64,000 nt of DNA from Streptococcus parasanguinis (GTDB taxonomy: Bacteria > Bacillota > Bacilli > Lactobacillales > Streptococcaceae): the NCBI GenBank assembly GCA_018379295.1, contig JAGZVW010000003.1:6111-70110 (forward strand), written 5' to 3'. A program made the position numbers and the translations under genes. The number at the start of each line of letters is the position of its first letter. Positions within the stretch are counted from its first letter, which is position 1. The notes beneath the pieces are model-generated. The model made no database searches, was not told the DNA's origin, and was given only the letters and a program-made list of their open reading frames with translations. This document shows positions 50,553-60,388 of the stretch, in pieces.

Positions 50553-51395
50553 ATGACAATTTCATGGATTCAAGCAATCTTGCTTGGTATTTTCGCCAGC
50601 TTGTCTTCAATGCCTGGTATGGGAGGTTCCAGTATCGGGAACTATACACTCGGTCGTCCTTTGATCGGTGGGTTGATTTCAGGTTTAATTCTTGGAGATG
50701 TGACAACCGGTATTATGGTCGGGGTTGCCCTTCAAGTCGTTTATATCGCCTTGGTAACACCTGGTGGTACCGTATCTGCCGATGTGCGTGCCATCTCTTA
50801 CATCGGTGTTCCTCTTGCTATCTTGTTTGTGCATGCTAATAACATCACAGATGAAGCAGGAATCGCCGCAGCTGCAGCTCCAATCGGTGCAGCCGTTGGG
50901 ACAATTGGTACAGTTCTTTTCTACGGTACCGCTACTATGAACTTGGTTTGGCAACACATTGGTTGGAAAGCCGTTGAAGAAGGAAACTTCAAAAAACTCT
51001 ACGCAGTTGACTGGGTTTACCCTTGGATCTCTCACTTCCTCTTCTCTTTCCTTCCAACAATGATTATCACCAAATACGGTGAAAACATGGTTGATTTGAT
51101 GAAACAATACCTTCCTATGGATGGTTACTGGATGAAAGCCCTCTTTACAGTCGGTGCTCTTCTCCCATGTGTCGGTATTGCCATCTTGTTGAAACAAATT
51201 GTTACAGAAGCAACTGACTTCATTCCATTCTTTGTTGGATTTACCTTGGCAAAATCTCTCGGATTGAACTTGGTATCCAGTGCCGTTGTTTCATTAATCT
51301 TTGCAGTAATCTACTATGAACTTGAAGTGATCAAATCGATGAAAGCTGCTCCGGCTGGAGCGGTGGATCTAGACGATGATGAGGAGGATATTTAA
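50553..51395 (+). CDS. PTS mannose-family EIIC component
   Basis: 280 aa, multi-TM, Gly-rich. Confidence 0.85.
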   Translation: MTISWIQAILLGIFASLSSMPGMGGSSIGNYTLGRPLIGGLISGLILGDVTTGIMVGVALQVVYIALVTPGGTVSADVRAISYIGVPLAILFVHANNITDEAGIAAAAAPIGAAVGTIGTVLFYGTATMNLVWQHIGWKAVEEGNFKKLYAVDWVYPWISHFLFSFLPTMIITKYGENMVDLMKQYLPMDGYWMKALFTVGALLPCVGIAILLKQIVTEATDFIPFFVGFTLAKSLGLNLVSSAVVSLIFAVIYYELEVIKSMKAAPAGAVDLDDDEEDI

Positions 51396-51396
51396 A

Positions 51397-52233
51397 ATGG
51401 CTGATAGAAAGAAAATTTCAAAGAAAACATTAGCAAAAGCATTCCATCATTGGTATTATGGTCATTTGACTTGTTTCTCTCAAGAACATATGCAAACCTT
51501 CGGGTACTTGACTTCTATGCTTCCAATCGTAGAAGAAATGTATGACACAAAAGAGGAACAAAAGGATGCTATGCAAACCTATACGGCCTTCTTCAACACT
51601 GAACCACAACTTGGATCTCTTGTTGTAGGGATCACAGCTGGTTTGGAAGAAGCGCGTGCAAACGGAGATGCAGTGGATGGCGAAACCATCAACGGTATGC
51701 GTGCCGGTTTGATGGGACCAATCGCTGGTATTGGTGACTCATTGGTTGTTGGTACCTTGATCCCAGTTCTCTTAGGGATTGCCCTTGGTCTTTCTAAAGG
51801 TGGTAACGTCGCTGGTGCTCTCTTCTACATCGTCGTATGGAACCTCTTAGTCTACTTTGGTATGCGCTTTGCCTTCTTCAAAGGTTACCAATTAGGGGAT
51901 AAAGCCGTTGAATTCCTTGTAGGACCAAAAGGACAAGCTCTTCGTAAAGCGATCAGCGTTGTCGGTGGTATGGTTATCGGTGCCGTAGCAGCTACTTGGG
52001 TATCTGTTACAACAGCCCTTCAATTCAAGAATTCTGAAGGAAAAGTCTTCTTGAACATCCAAGAAAAGATCGATGGTGTTTATCCAGGTCTCTTGACAGC
52101 AGCCTTCATCACTCTTTGCTGGTGGTTGATGTCTAAGAAAAAAATTTCACCAAACAAAGTCATGTTACTTCTCGTTGTAGTTGCTTTGATCGGTGTTGCC
52201 CTTGGTATCTTCGACCCACATCTTAAATACTAA
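51397..52233 (+). CDS. PTS mannose-family EIID component
   Basis: RBS GAGGAGGA precedes ATG 51397 ('MADRKKISKKTL...HWYYGH'). Confidence 0.85.
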   Translation: MADRKKISKKTLAKAFHHWYYGHLTCFSQEHMQTFGYLTSMLPIVEEMYDTKEEQKDAMQTYTAFFNTEPQLGSLVVGITAGLEEARANGDAVDGETINGMRAGLMGPIAGIGDSLVVGTLIPVLLGIALGLSKGGNVAGALFYIVVWNLLVYFGMRFAFFKGYQLGDKAVEFLVGPKGQALRKAISVVGGMVIGAVAATWVSVTTALQFKNSEGKVFLNIQEKIDGVYPGLLTAAFITLCWWLMSKKKISPNKVMLLLVVVALIGVALGIFDPHLKY

Positions 52234-52335
52234 GGAAAAGAAAAAACGAATTTGCTAGTAGGAGTTTTTGAGAATGAAGTGAATTGACCTCCTTTACTTG
52301 CACTTCATTCTCAATTTTTATAAGGAGGAATCCCA

Positions 52336-52628
52336 TGGTTACAAAACAAGAACTTGTCAATGGATATGAAACAGAAATCAAGTACCAACGCCACATGCTT
52401 GAAAACCTTGGTCGTTGGTTCAGCTTACTCTTTATCATTGCCAGTATTGGTGTGGTATTGATCTATCTCTTTCACAAAAGTTTCCTCCCACTCTTGATCC
52501 TCGGGATTTTACTAGCCTTGGTTGGAATTTTAGGCATGATTGTTTTTGGATATGGCATCTACCGCGGGCGGATCAATCTTCAAAAAGTGATCGACGATTT
52601 CAATCAAAAATTGACAATTTTAAATTGA
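52336..52628 (+). CDS. Small 2-TM membrane protein
   Basis: RBS AGGAGGA. 97 aa. Confidence 0.5.
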
Positions 52629-52633
52629 TATTT

Positions 52634-52670
52634 TAGAAACATCTCATCTATTTTTGAGGTGTTTTTTTCT
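52634..52670 (+). terminator. Rho-independent terminator
   Basis: 'aaacatctcatctatttttgaggtgttttttt'. Confidence 0.7.
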
Positions 52671-52697
52671 TGACTATTTCTGACCAAGTGATACAAT
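52670..52697 (+). promoter_or_regulatory. groESL sigma-A promoter (TTGACT-16-TGnTACAAT)
   Basis: -35 at 52670-52675; extended -10 at 52689-52697. Confidence 0.6.
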
Positions 52698-52708
52698 AGA
52701 AACATAAG

Positions 52709-52735
52709 TTAGCACTTACGTATAGAGAGTGCTAA
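52709..52735 (+). promoter_or_regulatory. CIRCE operator (HrcA binding site)
   Basis: TTAGCACTT-N9-GAGTGCTAA perfect inverted repeat. Confidence 0.9.
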
Positions 52736-52757
52736 AAACACGTATGGAGGAATGAAC

Positions 52758-53039
52758 ATGTTAAAACCATTAGGAGACCGTGTGGTCTTAAAAGTAGAAG
52801 AAAAAGAACAGACTGTTGGAGGTTTTGTCCTCGCAGGTGCGAGCAAGGCCGATACAAAAACAGCTGAAGTAGTGGCCGTTGGCGAAGGTGTGCGTACCCT
52901 AAGTGGCGAACTCATTGCTCCAGCTGTAAAAGCAGGAGACCACGTTTTGGTTGAAAGCCATGCAGGAATTGAAGTTAAAGATGGGGAAGAAACCTACACC
53001 ATCGTTGGAACAGCAAACATTCTTGCAATTGTAGAGTAA
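52758..53039 (+). CDS. groES: Co-chaperonin GroES
   Basis: '[12 protein letters not shown]'; start chosen at the second ATG after GGAGGA. Confidence 0.95.
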   Translation: MLKPLGDRVVLKVEEKEQTVGGFVLAGASKADTKTAEVVAVGEGVRTLSGELIAPAVKAGDHVLVESHAGIEVKDGEETYTIVGTANILAIVE

Positions 53040-54686
<1,647 letters not shown>

Positions 54687-54770
54687 GACACTTAGTCTAA
54701 TGGGTGCTGAAGCACCTCATTAGACTACGGCAAGCACCATGGTGCCTTACCGAAGTGTCTTACTAGCTCA
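54687..54770. repeat. BOX-like structured element (three-way junction) downstream of groEL
   Basis: Contains 'ctacggcaag' (matches the 5' end of the BOXA1R primer as I recall it). Nested IRs gacactt/aagtgtc, tagtctaatg/cattagacta and ggtgc/gcacc. Confidence 0.55.
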
Positions 54771-54800
54771 AAGGGAGGAAAATATCGTTCCTCCTTTTTT
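54770..54800 (+). terminator. groEL terminator
   Basis: 'aaagggaggaaaatatcgttcctcctttttt'. Confidence 0.8.
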
Positions 54801-55169
54801 ATCGTGCTTTGGAATTTTCATGTGTTGTGGAATAATATTTTTATTTTAAATTTTGTAACAGAAATGATAAATACTAATTAAAGAGGACTTGCGTAGATGC
54901 TTGGGAATCAAGCGTTTGTGGTGTTTTCAGGCGGAGGAATATTTGCCAACAAATTGCAATACAAATTAACTGATTTTGTAATAATTCTAGTGTATACTAG
55001 TAAGAGTAGATCACAGGTCTACATTGTTGCAAGGGGAGAACTTCCCACATACATGTCTATTGACAATAAAACTTGATCGTAATATCGCTGTTAGTAAAAT
55101 GAGAGTTTGAACATAGCATAGATTTTATCGACCTTTTTCATATTAAAAAATATTTTTCAAATTCCCCTT

Positions 55170-55205
55170 GCGCAAGCTCTTCCGGATTCCTCCGGGAGAG
55201 TTTTT
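55170..55205 (+). terminator. Orphan terminator in the groEL/TCS intergenic region
   Basis: 'ctcttccggattcctccgggagagttttttgttt'. Confidence 0.55.
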
Positions 55206-55307
55206 TGTTTAGGAGAAAAGGTAGAAGGCCTATCAAGTCTCTTTTGAAAGAGTGGCTCAGTAGGCATCATTTATGGTAAAATAGAACATATTCGTAGAGG
55301 GGAAGGA

Positions 55308-56051
55308 GTGAGGACTTTGTTGAAGATTTTTGTGTTAGAAGATGAATGGATCCAACAATCGCGTATCGAAGCGGTCTTGCAGGATCTCATCCGTCAAAAA
55401 TCCCTGCAGTGCAAAGCGCCAGAAGTGTTTGGGAAGTCAAGCCAGTTGCTGGATGCTGTCACAGAGAGAGGCGCCCATCACCTATTTTTTTTAGATATCG
55501 AGATTAAAGGTGAGGAGAAAAAGGGTCTAGAGATCGCAAAAGAGATTCGTAAGAAAGACCCCCATGCGACCATTGTCTTTGTCACCACTCACTCTGAATT
55601 CATGCCCATTACCTTTCAGTACAAAGTAGCCGCCTTGGATTTTATCGATAAAACGCTGGGTGAGGAAGAGTTCAGAGAGAGAATCAGCTCAGCCATCGAC
55701 TATACCTTGGAGCAAGCTGGGATCACGATTGCGCAAGATGCCTTTACATTTGAGAGTGCGATGGCGCGTGTACAAGTTCCCTTTAATAAGATTTTGTATG
55801 TTGAAACGTCTCCAACCATTCACAAGGTTATTTTACACACCCAGGATGAGCGCTTAGAATTTTACGCCAGTATTACCGATATCGAAAAAGCAGATCCCCG
55901 CTTGTATCGGTGCCACCGCTCCTTTGTGGTGAATCCACAAAATATTACGAAGATTGACAAAGAAGCCAAGAAAGCTTTTTTTGAAAATGGGGACAATTGC
56001 TTGATCTCACGGACCAAGTATAGAGGCTTACTGGAAGCTTTGAAAAAATAG
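55308..56051 (+). CDS. LytTR-family response regulator (ComE/BlpR/AgrA-like)
   Basis: Receiver domain plus LytTR 'YRCHRSFVVNPQNI'. The start could be GTG 55308 or TTG 55317 after GGGGAAGGAG. Confidence 0.85.
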   Translation: MRTLLKIFVLEDEWIQQSRIEAVLQDLIRQKSLQCKAPEVFGKSSQLLDAVTERGAHHLFFLDIEIKGEEKKGLEIAKEIRKKDPHATIVFVTTHSEFMPITFQYKVAALDFIDKTLGEEEFRERISSAIDYTLEQAGITIAQDAFTFESAMARVQVPFNKILYVETSPTIHKVILHTQDERLEFYASITDIEKADPRLYRCHRSFVVNPQNITKIDKEAKKAFFENGDNCLISRTKYRGLLEALKK

Positions 56052-56064
56052 AAGGGAGAAAGAA

Positions 56065-57369
56065 TTGCTGTTAGATATTCTAATGTCTTACTTAAAGTTC
56101 TTCGTCAGCATGCTGATCTATCGTCATATCAGTAGACAAGAGTTCGCCTTACGTTGGCTCTTTTTGTGCCCCTTCTTCTTTGCAGTCGTCTTTACCCTTG
56201 TGCCACCGGTAGGCTTTTTTGGCTATTTCTTAGTATTTATTGCCTATAGTTTCTATCGGAATCATAACATACGACACCTTTTGAACATTTTTTACGGGCT
56301 CTACCCGGTTGTCATGGAGAGTCTCATTGGGCGTCTCTTAGCCTTTTATGTCTTTCCAATGCTCGGGATTGTACTTGTTCATGAGGCATCTGTCAGCTGG
56401 TATGATGCTCTACTTGAATTGCTGGTCTTTCCTGTCTATTTAGGGCTCACTAAATTGTTAAAACTAGATTTTACAGATTTAAAAGTAGGATTTCAACGGC
56501 AGTATTTTAATCGTTTCTTACTTCCAATGGATCTTTCTATGTTTGTGTATTTAGTCAGTGTTATAGGTCTGGTGGTTTTTGAGGATGCTATTCCTCATGC
56601 AGATGCTTTACGGGAACAGTTAAATAGTATTTATCTGATTTTGTTTTTTGTGATGCTCTTGTATTTCAATGCAGTGTCCAAAGAACGATTGAAACAAGAG
56701 ATTCTAGAGCAAAAAGATAGGCAACTGCAGGAGTTAGCCACCTATAGCCAACACGTCGAAATGCTCTACGGGGAGATTCGTGCCTTTCGTCATGATTACC
56801 TGAATATTTTAACCAGTCTCAAGTTAAGTATTGAGCATGAAGATCTCAATGCGATCAGGGAAGTCTATGAGAACGTTCTTCGAGAGAGTGGCCAGCAATT
56901 TTACGATAGCAAGTTTGATATTGCCAAACTCAGTCACATCGAAAATCCAGCTGTAAAAAGTGTTCTGTCCGCAAAATTATTGGAGGCTCAAAACAAAGGG
57001 ATTGGGATCTCTGTCGAGATCGATGAACCTGTTCGTGATTTATTCATCGAGGTTTTAGATTTCATCACCTTCTTATCCATCCTTTGTGACAATGCTATCG
57101 AAGCGAGTCTTGAATCAGAGGACCCACAGCTGACTCTTGCCATGCTCCAGGAGGAAAACTCCCTCCTCTTAATAGTTGAAAATAGTACAAAAGCTGAAAA
57201 AATAGATCTGGCGAGAATATTTGAAAAGGACTACTCAAGTAAAGGAGATGGTCGCGGTCTTGGCTTGTACAAGATCCAACAATTACTGGAAAAGTATCCC
57301 AAAACGACAGTGTCTACCAAGAGTTCAAACTACCGATTTACTCAGAGCCTGACCTTTTGGAAGGAATAA
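56065..57369 (+). CDS. HPK10-subfamily sensor histidine kinase (ComD/BlpH/AgrC-like, ~6 TM)
   Basis: H-box 'FRHDYLNIL' and an N-box-only ATPase. 434 aa. Confidence 0.85.
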   Translation: MLLDILMSYLKFFVSMLIYRHISRQEFALRWLFLCPFFFAVVFTLVPPVGFFGYFLVFIAYSFYRNHNIRHLLNIFYGLYPVVMESLIGRLLAFYVFPMLGIVLVHEASVSWYDALLELLVFPVYLGLTKLLKLDFTDLKVGFQRQYFNRFLLPMDLSMFVYLVSVIGLVVFEDAIPHADALREQLNSIYLILFFVMLLYFNAVSKERLKQEILEQKDRQLQELATYSQHVEMLYGEIRAFRHDYLNILTSLKLSIEHEDLNAIREVYENVLRESGQQFYDSKFDIAKLSHIENPAVKSVLSAKLLEAQNKGIGISVEIDEPVRDLFIEVLDFITFLSILCDNAIEASLESEDPQLTLAMLQEENSLLLIVENSTKAEKIDLARIFEKDYSSKGDGRGLGLYKIQQLLEKYPKTTVSTKSSNYRFTQSLTFWKE

Positions 57370-57394
57370 TGGAAGAGAGAGTGGGACAGCTTCA

Positions 57395-57575
57395 ACAGTC
57401 TGGGAGACTGTTGAAGGTTGCAGATAAAGGAAACATAGTTTCCGTCAACATAGGGCATCTTTGAAGCTTAAAAAGCGAACAAAGACTTAGGATACTTGCT
57501 TCGCAAGATCTATCCGCCACCTCAAAGCAGTGCTTTGAGCACTCAACCACTGCGTCTTGCTCGACAATCCAAAAA
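57395..57575. repeat. BOX element (boxC-like 3' module)
   Basis: 'cctcaaagcagtgctttgagcactcaacc' resembles the pneumococcal box 'AACCTCAAAACAGTGTTTTGAGC' as I recall it. Multiple hairpins. Confidence 0.55.
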
Positions 57576-57577
57576 TA

Positions 57578-57613
57578 ATTGAGAGGCTAGGACTTTTGTC
57601 CCAGCCTCTTTTT
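57578..57613 (+). terminator. Terminator after the TCS operon
   Basis: 'gagaggctaggacttttgtcccagcctctttttt'. Confidence 0.7.
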
Positions 57614-57641
57614 TGACCATTCGCGATGATTTTTTGACCGA
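57606..57641 (+). promoter_or_regulatory. Two 'TTTTTTGACC' direct repeats phased 21 bp apart, a candidate LytTR binding site upstream of the ABC-2 operon
   Basis: 57608-57619 and 57629-57640. A TATAAT lies at 57678-57683. Confidence 0.35.
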
Positions 57642-57715
57642 TTCTGACAGAGAGCCTCCAAGGTTTTCTCCTTGAAGTATAATGGACACAAGATCAATAA
57701 GAAAAGAGGGATCGT

Positions 57716-58396
57716 ATGTTTCAGTTAGCATCTATTACAAAATCATTTAAGGAGAAAGCTGTATTAAAGGGGGTATCTTTTTCGATAGAAGAAGGAGACA
57801 AAATTGCCTTGCTGGGAAACAATGGAGCAGGTAAAAGCACCCTGTTCAACATTATTGCTGGGCAGCTCCAGGCCGATTCGGGGACGATAAAGACTTCGTT
57901 TGATTTTCAAAGGGAAATTGGGATGATGCCACAGGGGGATCTGCTCATCGAGGATCTAACCCTTGCTGAATTCGTCGAATTAAAAAGCCGGATGAATCAG
58001 TTGAAGCAGGCTGATATCAATGGACTCTTAGAAATGGTCGAATTAAGAGAATCAAGAGAGCAGATGGTGGGAAGTCTTTCTGGTGGCCAAAAGAGACGCT
58101 TGTCCTTGCTGTTAACTATTTTGAATCATCCAAAGTTGATTTTTTTAGATGAGCCAACGACTGGCATGGACTTGGAAGCAGTGGATAATTTTTGGAAATT
58201 GCTGGAGCAGCAAGAGTTTACATCTGTTGTGGTGACCCATGATTTTAACCAAATCGATGCCTTTTTTACAAAAGTCCTGATTTTAAAAGAGGGGCGAATT
58301 GCTGCAACAAAGGCTGTTGAGGACATTCACCAGGCTGGTCAAACCATTGAGCAGTATTTCCGAGAAGAGATGAATAAAGGAAGGGAACAAGCATGA
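57716..58396 (+). CDS. ABC transporter ATP-binding protein
   Basis: 'GNNGAGKST', 'LSGGQKRR', 'LIFLDEPT'. Confidence 0.9.
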   Translation: MFQLASITKSFKEKAVLKGVSFSIEEGDKIALLGNNGAGKSTLFNIIAGQLQADSGTIKTSFDFQREIGMMPQGDLLIEDLTLAEFVELKSRMNQLKQADINGLLEMVELRESREQMVGSLSGGQKRRLSLLLTILNHPKLIFLDEPTTGMDLEAVDNFWKLLEQQEFTSVVVTHDFNQIDAFFTKVLILKEGRIAATKAVEDIHQAGQTIEQYFREEMNKGREQA

Positions 58397-59100
58397 AAAA
58401 GATTCAATTAAAACAAGTTTTACGAAATAAGCGCTTCGTATTATTCACCATTATTTTACCCATAGGCTGGTATATCTTCTTTTATCAGCTTCAAAAAGGG
58501 ATTTCACCAAGTATTTTATTAGGCATTGCCGTATTTATCGGGGTCATTGGCAATAGCCTTGCAACTTTTAGTAAGCGAATCGCCTCAGATATCGGGTTTT
58601 ATTCTTTTGAATCCCGCTTTACAAGCTATAGTGTCAAGAACTATTTATGGGATCAAAGCATCGTACAACTGATTCTGAACAGCTTGATCTTTTTAGCGGT
58701 GCTAGTAGTTGCTGTCCTAGGTTTTCACTTTCCAGTGACGACTAGCCTGTTGGTACAATTTTTCCTCTTATCCTTGATGGGGATCTACTTTAGTGCGATT
58801 GGTTTTGTACTTGGGGTGAAAGTAGATGCCAAGACGATTGATACCATTGGCTTTCCAGTTATTATTTTAGCAGCCATGACCATTATTCCCTTTGATACGC
58901 TTGGCGCAAGTGGAGGATTTATGGACTTGGTTGGCAAGCTACAACGGGTATTCCCAGGCTATTATTATACAAAGTTGATCCAAGATTTGACTGAGAAACA
59001 AACGATTGATGCCACCCAATTAGCGCTCTTTGTTGCCGTATTTGGATTGAATTTGCTGTTTTTCTATCTGCTCGTACCCAAAGGGGAAATGGGGAACTAG
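58393..59100 (+). CDS. ABC-2 family permease (6 TM)
   Basis: ATGA overlap with the ATPase. 235 aa, hydrophobic. Confidence 0.75.
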   Translation: MKKIQLKQVLRNKRFVLFTIILPIGWYIFFYQLQKGISPSILLGIAVFIGVIGNSLATFSKRIASDIGFYSFESRFTSYSVKNYLWDQSIVQLILNSLIFLAVLVVAVLGFHFPVTTSLLVQFFLLSLMGIYFSAIGFVLGVKVDAKTIDTIGFPVIILAAMTIIPFDTLGASGGFMDLVGKLQRVFPGYYYTKLIQDLTEKQTIDATQLALFVAVFGLNLLFFYLLVPKGEMGN

Positions 59101-59109
59101 GAGCAGTTA

Positions 59110-59142
59110 AAAAAGCCTTGAGTTGTTCTCAAGGCTTTTTGT
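59110..59142 (+). terminator. Terminator; marks the left edge of the AT-rich island
   Basis: 'aaaaagccttgagttgttctcaaggcttttt'. Confidence 0.75.
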
Positions 59143-59413
59143 GCATAAAAAATGCCCCCTACATGGATTTGTAAGAAATCTTTATATTGAAAGTAATCAA
59201 AAATGTTGAAATATAGCTGATTTTAGGGAACTACTTTTAGGTATTTTCAATGACATGATTTAAAAGTGGGGCAAAAATGGGGCAAAAACGAATGACTCAT
59301 AAAGGTTTCTAATTTGGTTTGAAAAACCTATAATACCTAATGATTATGCCATACTAGATATATAGTGTTGTTATAAATAAAAATCAGTATGAAACCAAAT
59401 CCTCAAATAAAAA

Positions 59414-59442
59414 TTGAGTGTACTCAATGGTTATGGTATAAT
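59414..59442 (+). promoter_or_regulatory. Promoter (TTGAGT-17-TGnTATAAT) whose -35 is embedded in the perfect palindrome TTGAGTGTACTCAA (candidate operator)
   Basis: Palindrome 59414-59427; -10 at 59437-59442. Confidence 0.55.
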
Positions 59443-59501
59443 ACACATAAAAATTATATCTAAAGAAAAGAGGAAACGGCATAGCATTAAATTATAAACC
59501 C

Positions 59502-59693
59502 TTGTGGATACAACTCGCCAAAAAGGGATTAAAGAAAACAGAAGTTATTGTTATTGCACAGATTACAACTAATGTCATGGCACAGATGGGAAAAAACAAG
59601 CCAATCACACTTAAAAATTTGGAAAAAATATGTAATGCATTGGAATGTACTCCAAATGATGTATTTAGTTTTAAGGGGGGTGGAAATGAATGA
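59502..59693 (+). CDS. XRE-family (Cro/CI-type) HTH protein; the N-terminus/start is uncertain
   Basis: 'GLKKTEVIVIAQITTNVMAQMGKNK-PITLKNLEKICNALECTPNDVF' is HTH_XRE helices 2-5. Only a TTG start with no SD is visible. ATGA overlap with the RR. Confidence 0.6.
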   Translation: MWIQLAKKGLKKTEVIVIAQITTNVMAQMGKNKPITLKNLEKICNALECTPNDVFSFKGGGNE

Positions 59694-60388
59694 CTGAAAT
59701 GAAAATAATGCTTGTAGAAGATGATACTAACTTAGCAGAGCTTATAAAGATTTATTTAATATCAGAGAATTGGAAAATCAGCATTTTTCATACTGGAAAA
59801 GAGGCGTTAGAGGAATTTGAAAAAAATAAATATGACTTGATATTATTGGATATTTTACTTCCTGATATAAATGGATTTGAAATATGCAAAAAGATAAGAG
59901 AAACGTCCACTATGCCAATCATTATGCTTACTGCCTTAGAAGATCCTATTCATAGAGTGCAAGGATTGAATATAGGTGCAGATGACTATATCGTAAAACC
60001 GTTTGAACCATCTGAATTGATTGCGAGAATTAATTCTCATTTTAGAAGAAATTATGTATTTACAAAAAATATTGTAAATACAATTAATTGTGATAGAGAA
60101 GTTAATAATTTAAAGATTAGCATTAAAACACATAAAGTTTACTATGGTAATATAGAGATTGAACTAACACCAAAAGAATTTGATATTTTGTGGTTGCTTA
60201 TGGAAGAACCTGGTAAAGTGTATAATATGGATGATATACACTATAAAATATGGGGTGATAAGGTGCTAGAAAATGAAGTTAACCCAGTTATGGTTCATGT
60301 AAGAAGAATTAGAAGTAAGTTTGAAAAGATTGGGTTAAAATCAGTCATATTAACTGTTTGGGGAGTGGGGTATAAAATCAATGGGTAA
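59690..60388 (+). CDS. OmpR-family response regulator
   Basis: Receiver 'KIMLVEDD...LILLDILLPDINGFE' plus winged-helix C-terminus. Very AT-rich codon usage. Confidence 0.85.
   Translation: MTEMKIMLVEDDTNLAELIKIYLISENWKISIFHTGKEALEEFEKNKYDLILLDILLPDINGFEICKKIRETSTMPIIMLTALEDPIHRVQGLNIGADDYIVKPFEPSELIARINSHFRRNYVFTKNIVNTINCDREVNNLKISIKTHKVYYGNIEIELTPKEFDILWLLMEEPGKVYNMDDIHYKIWGDKVLENEVNPVMVHVRRIRSKFEKIGLKSVILTVWGVGYKING

Noticed and set aside
54896-55045. 49-aa ORF as a double-glycine pheromone precursor.
   Set aside because: The 'GGG' is preceded by 'QAFVVFS', not the LSxxELxxIxGG leader consensus. No peptidase-domain ABC exporter is nearby. It is kept only as a low-confidence possibility in the findings.
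59281-59310. Tandem 'GGGGCAAAAA' x2 in the island leader.
   Set aside because: There are only two copies and no spacer architecture. It is probably a simple duplication and no CRISPR or iteron array.
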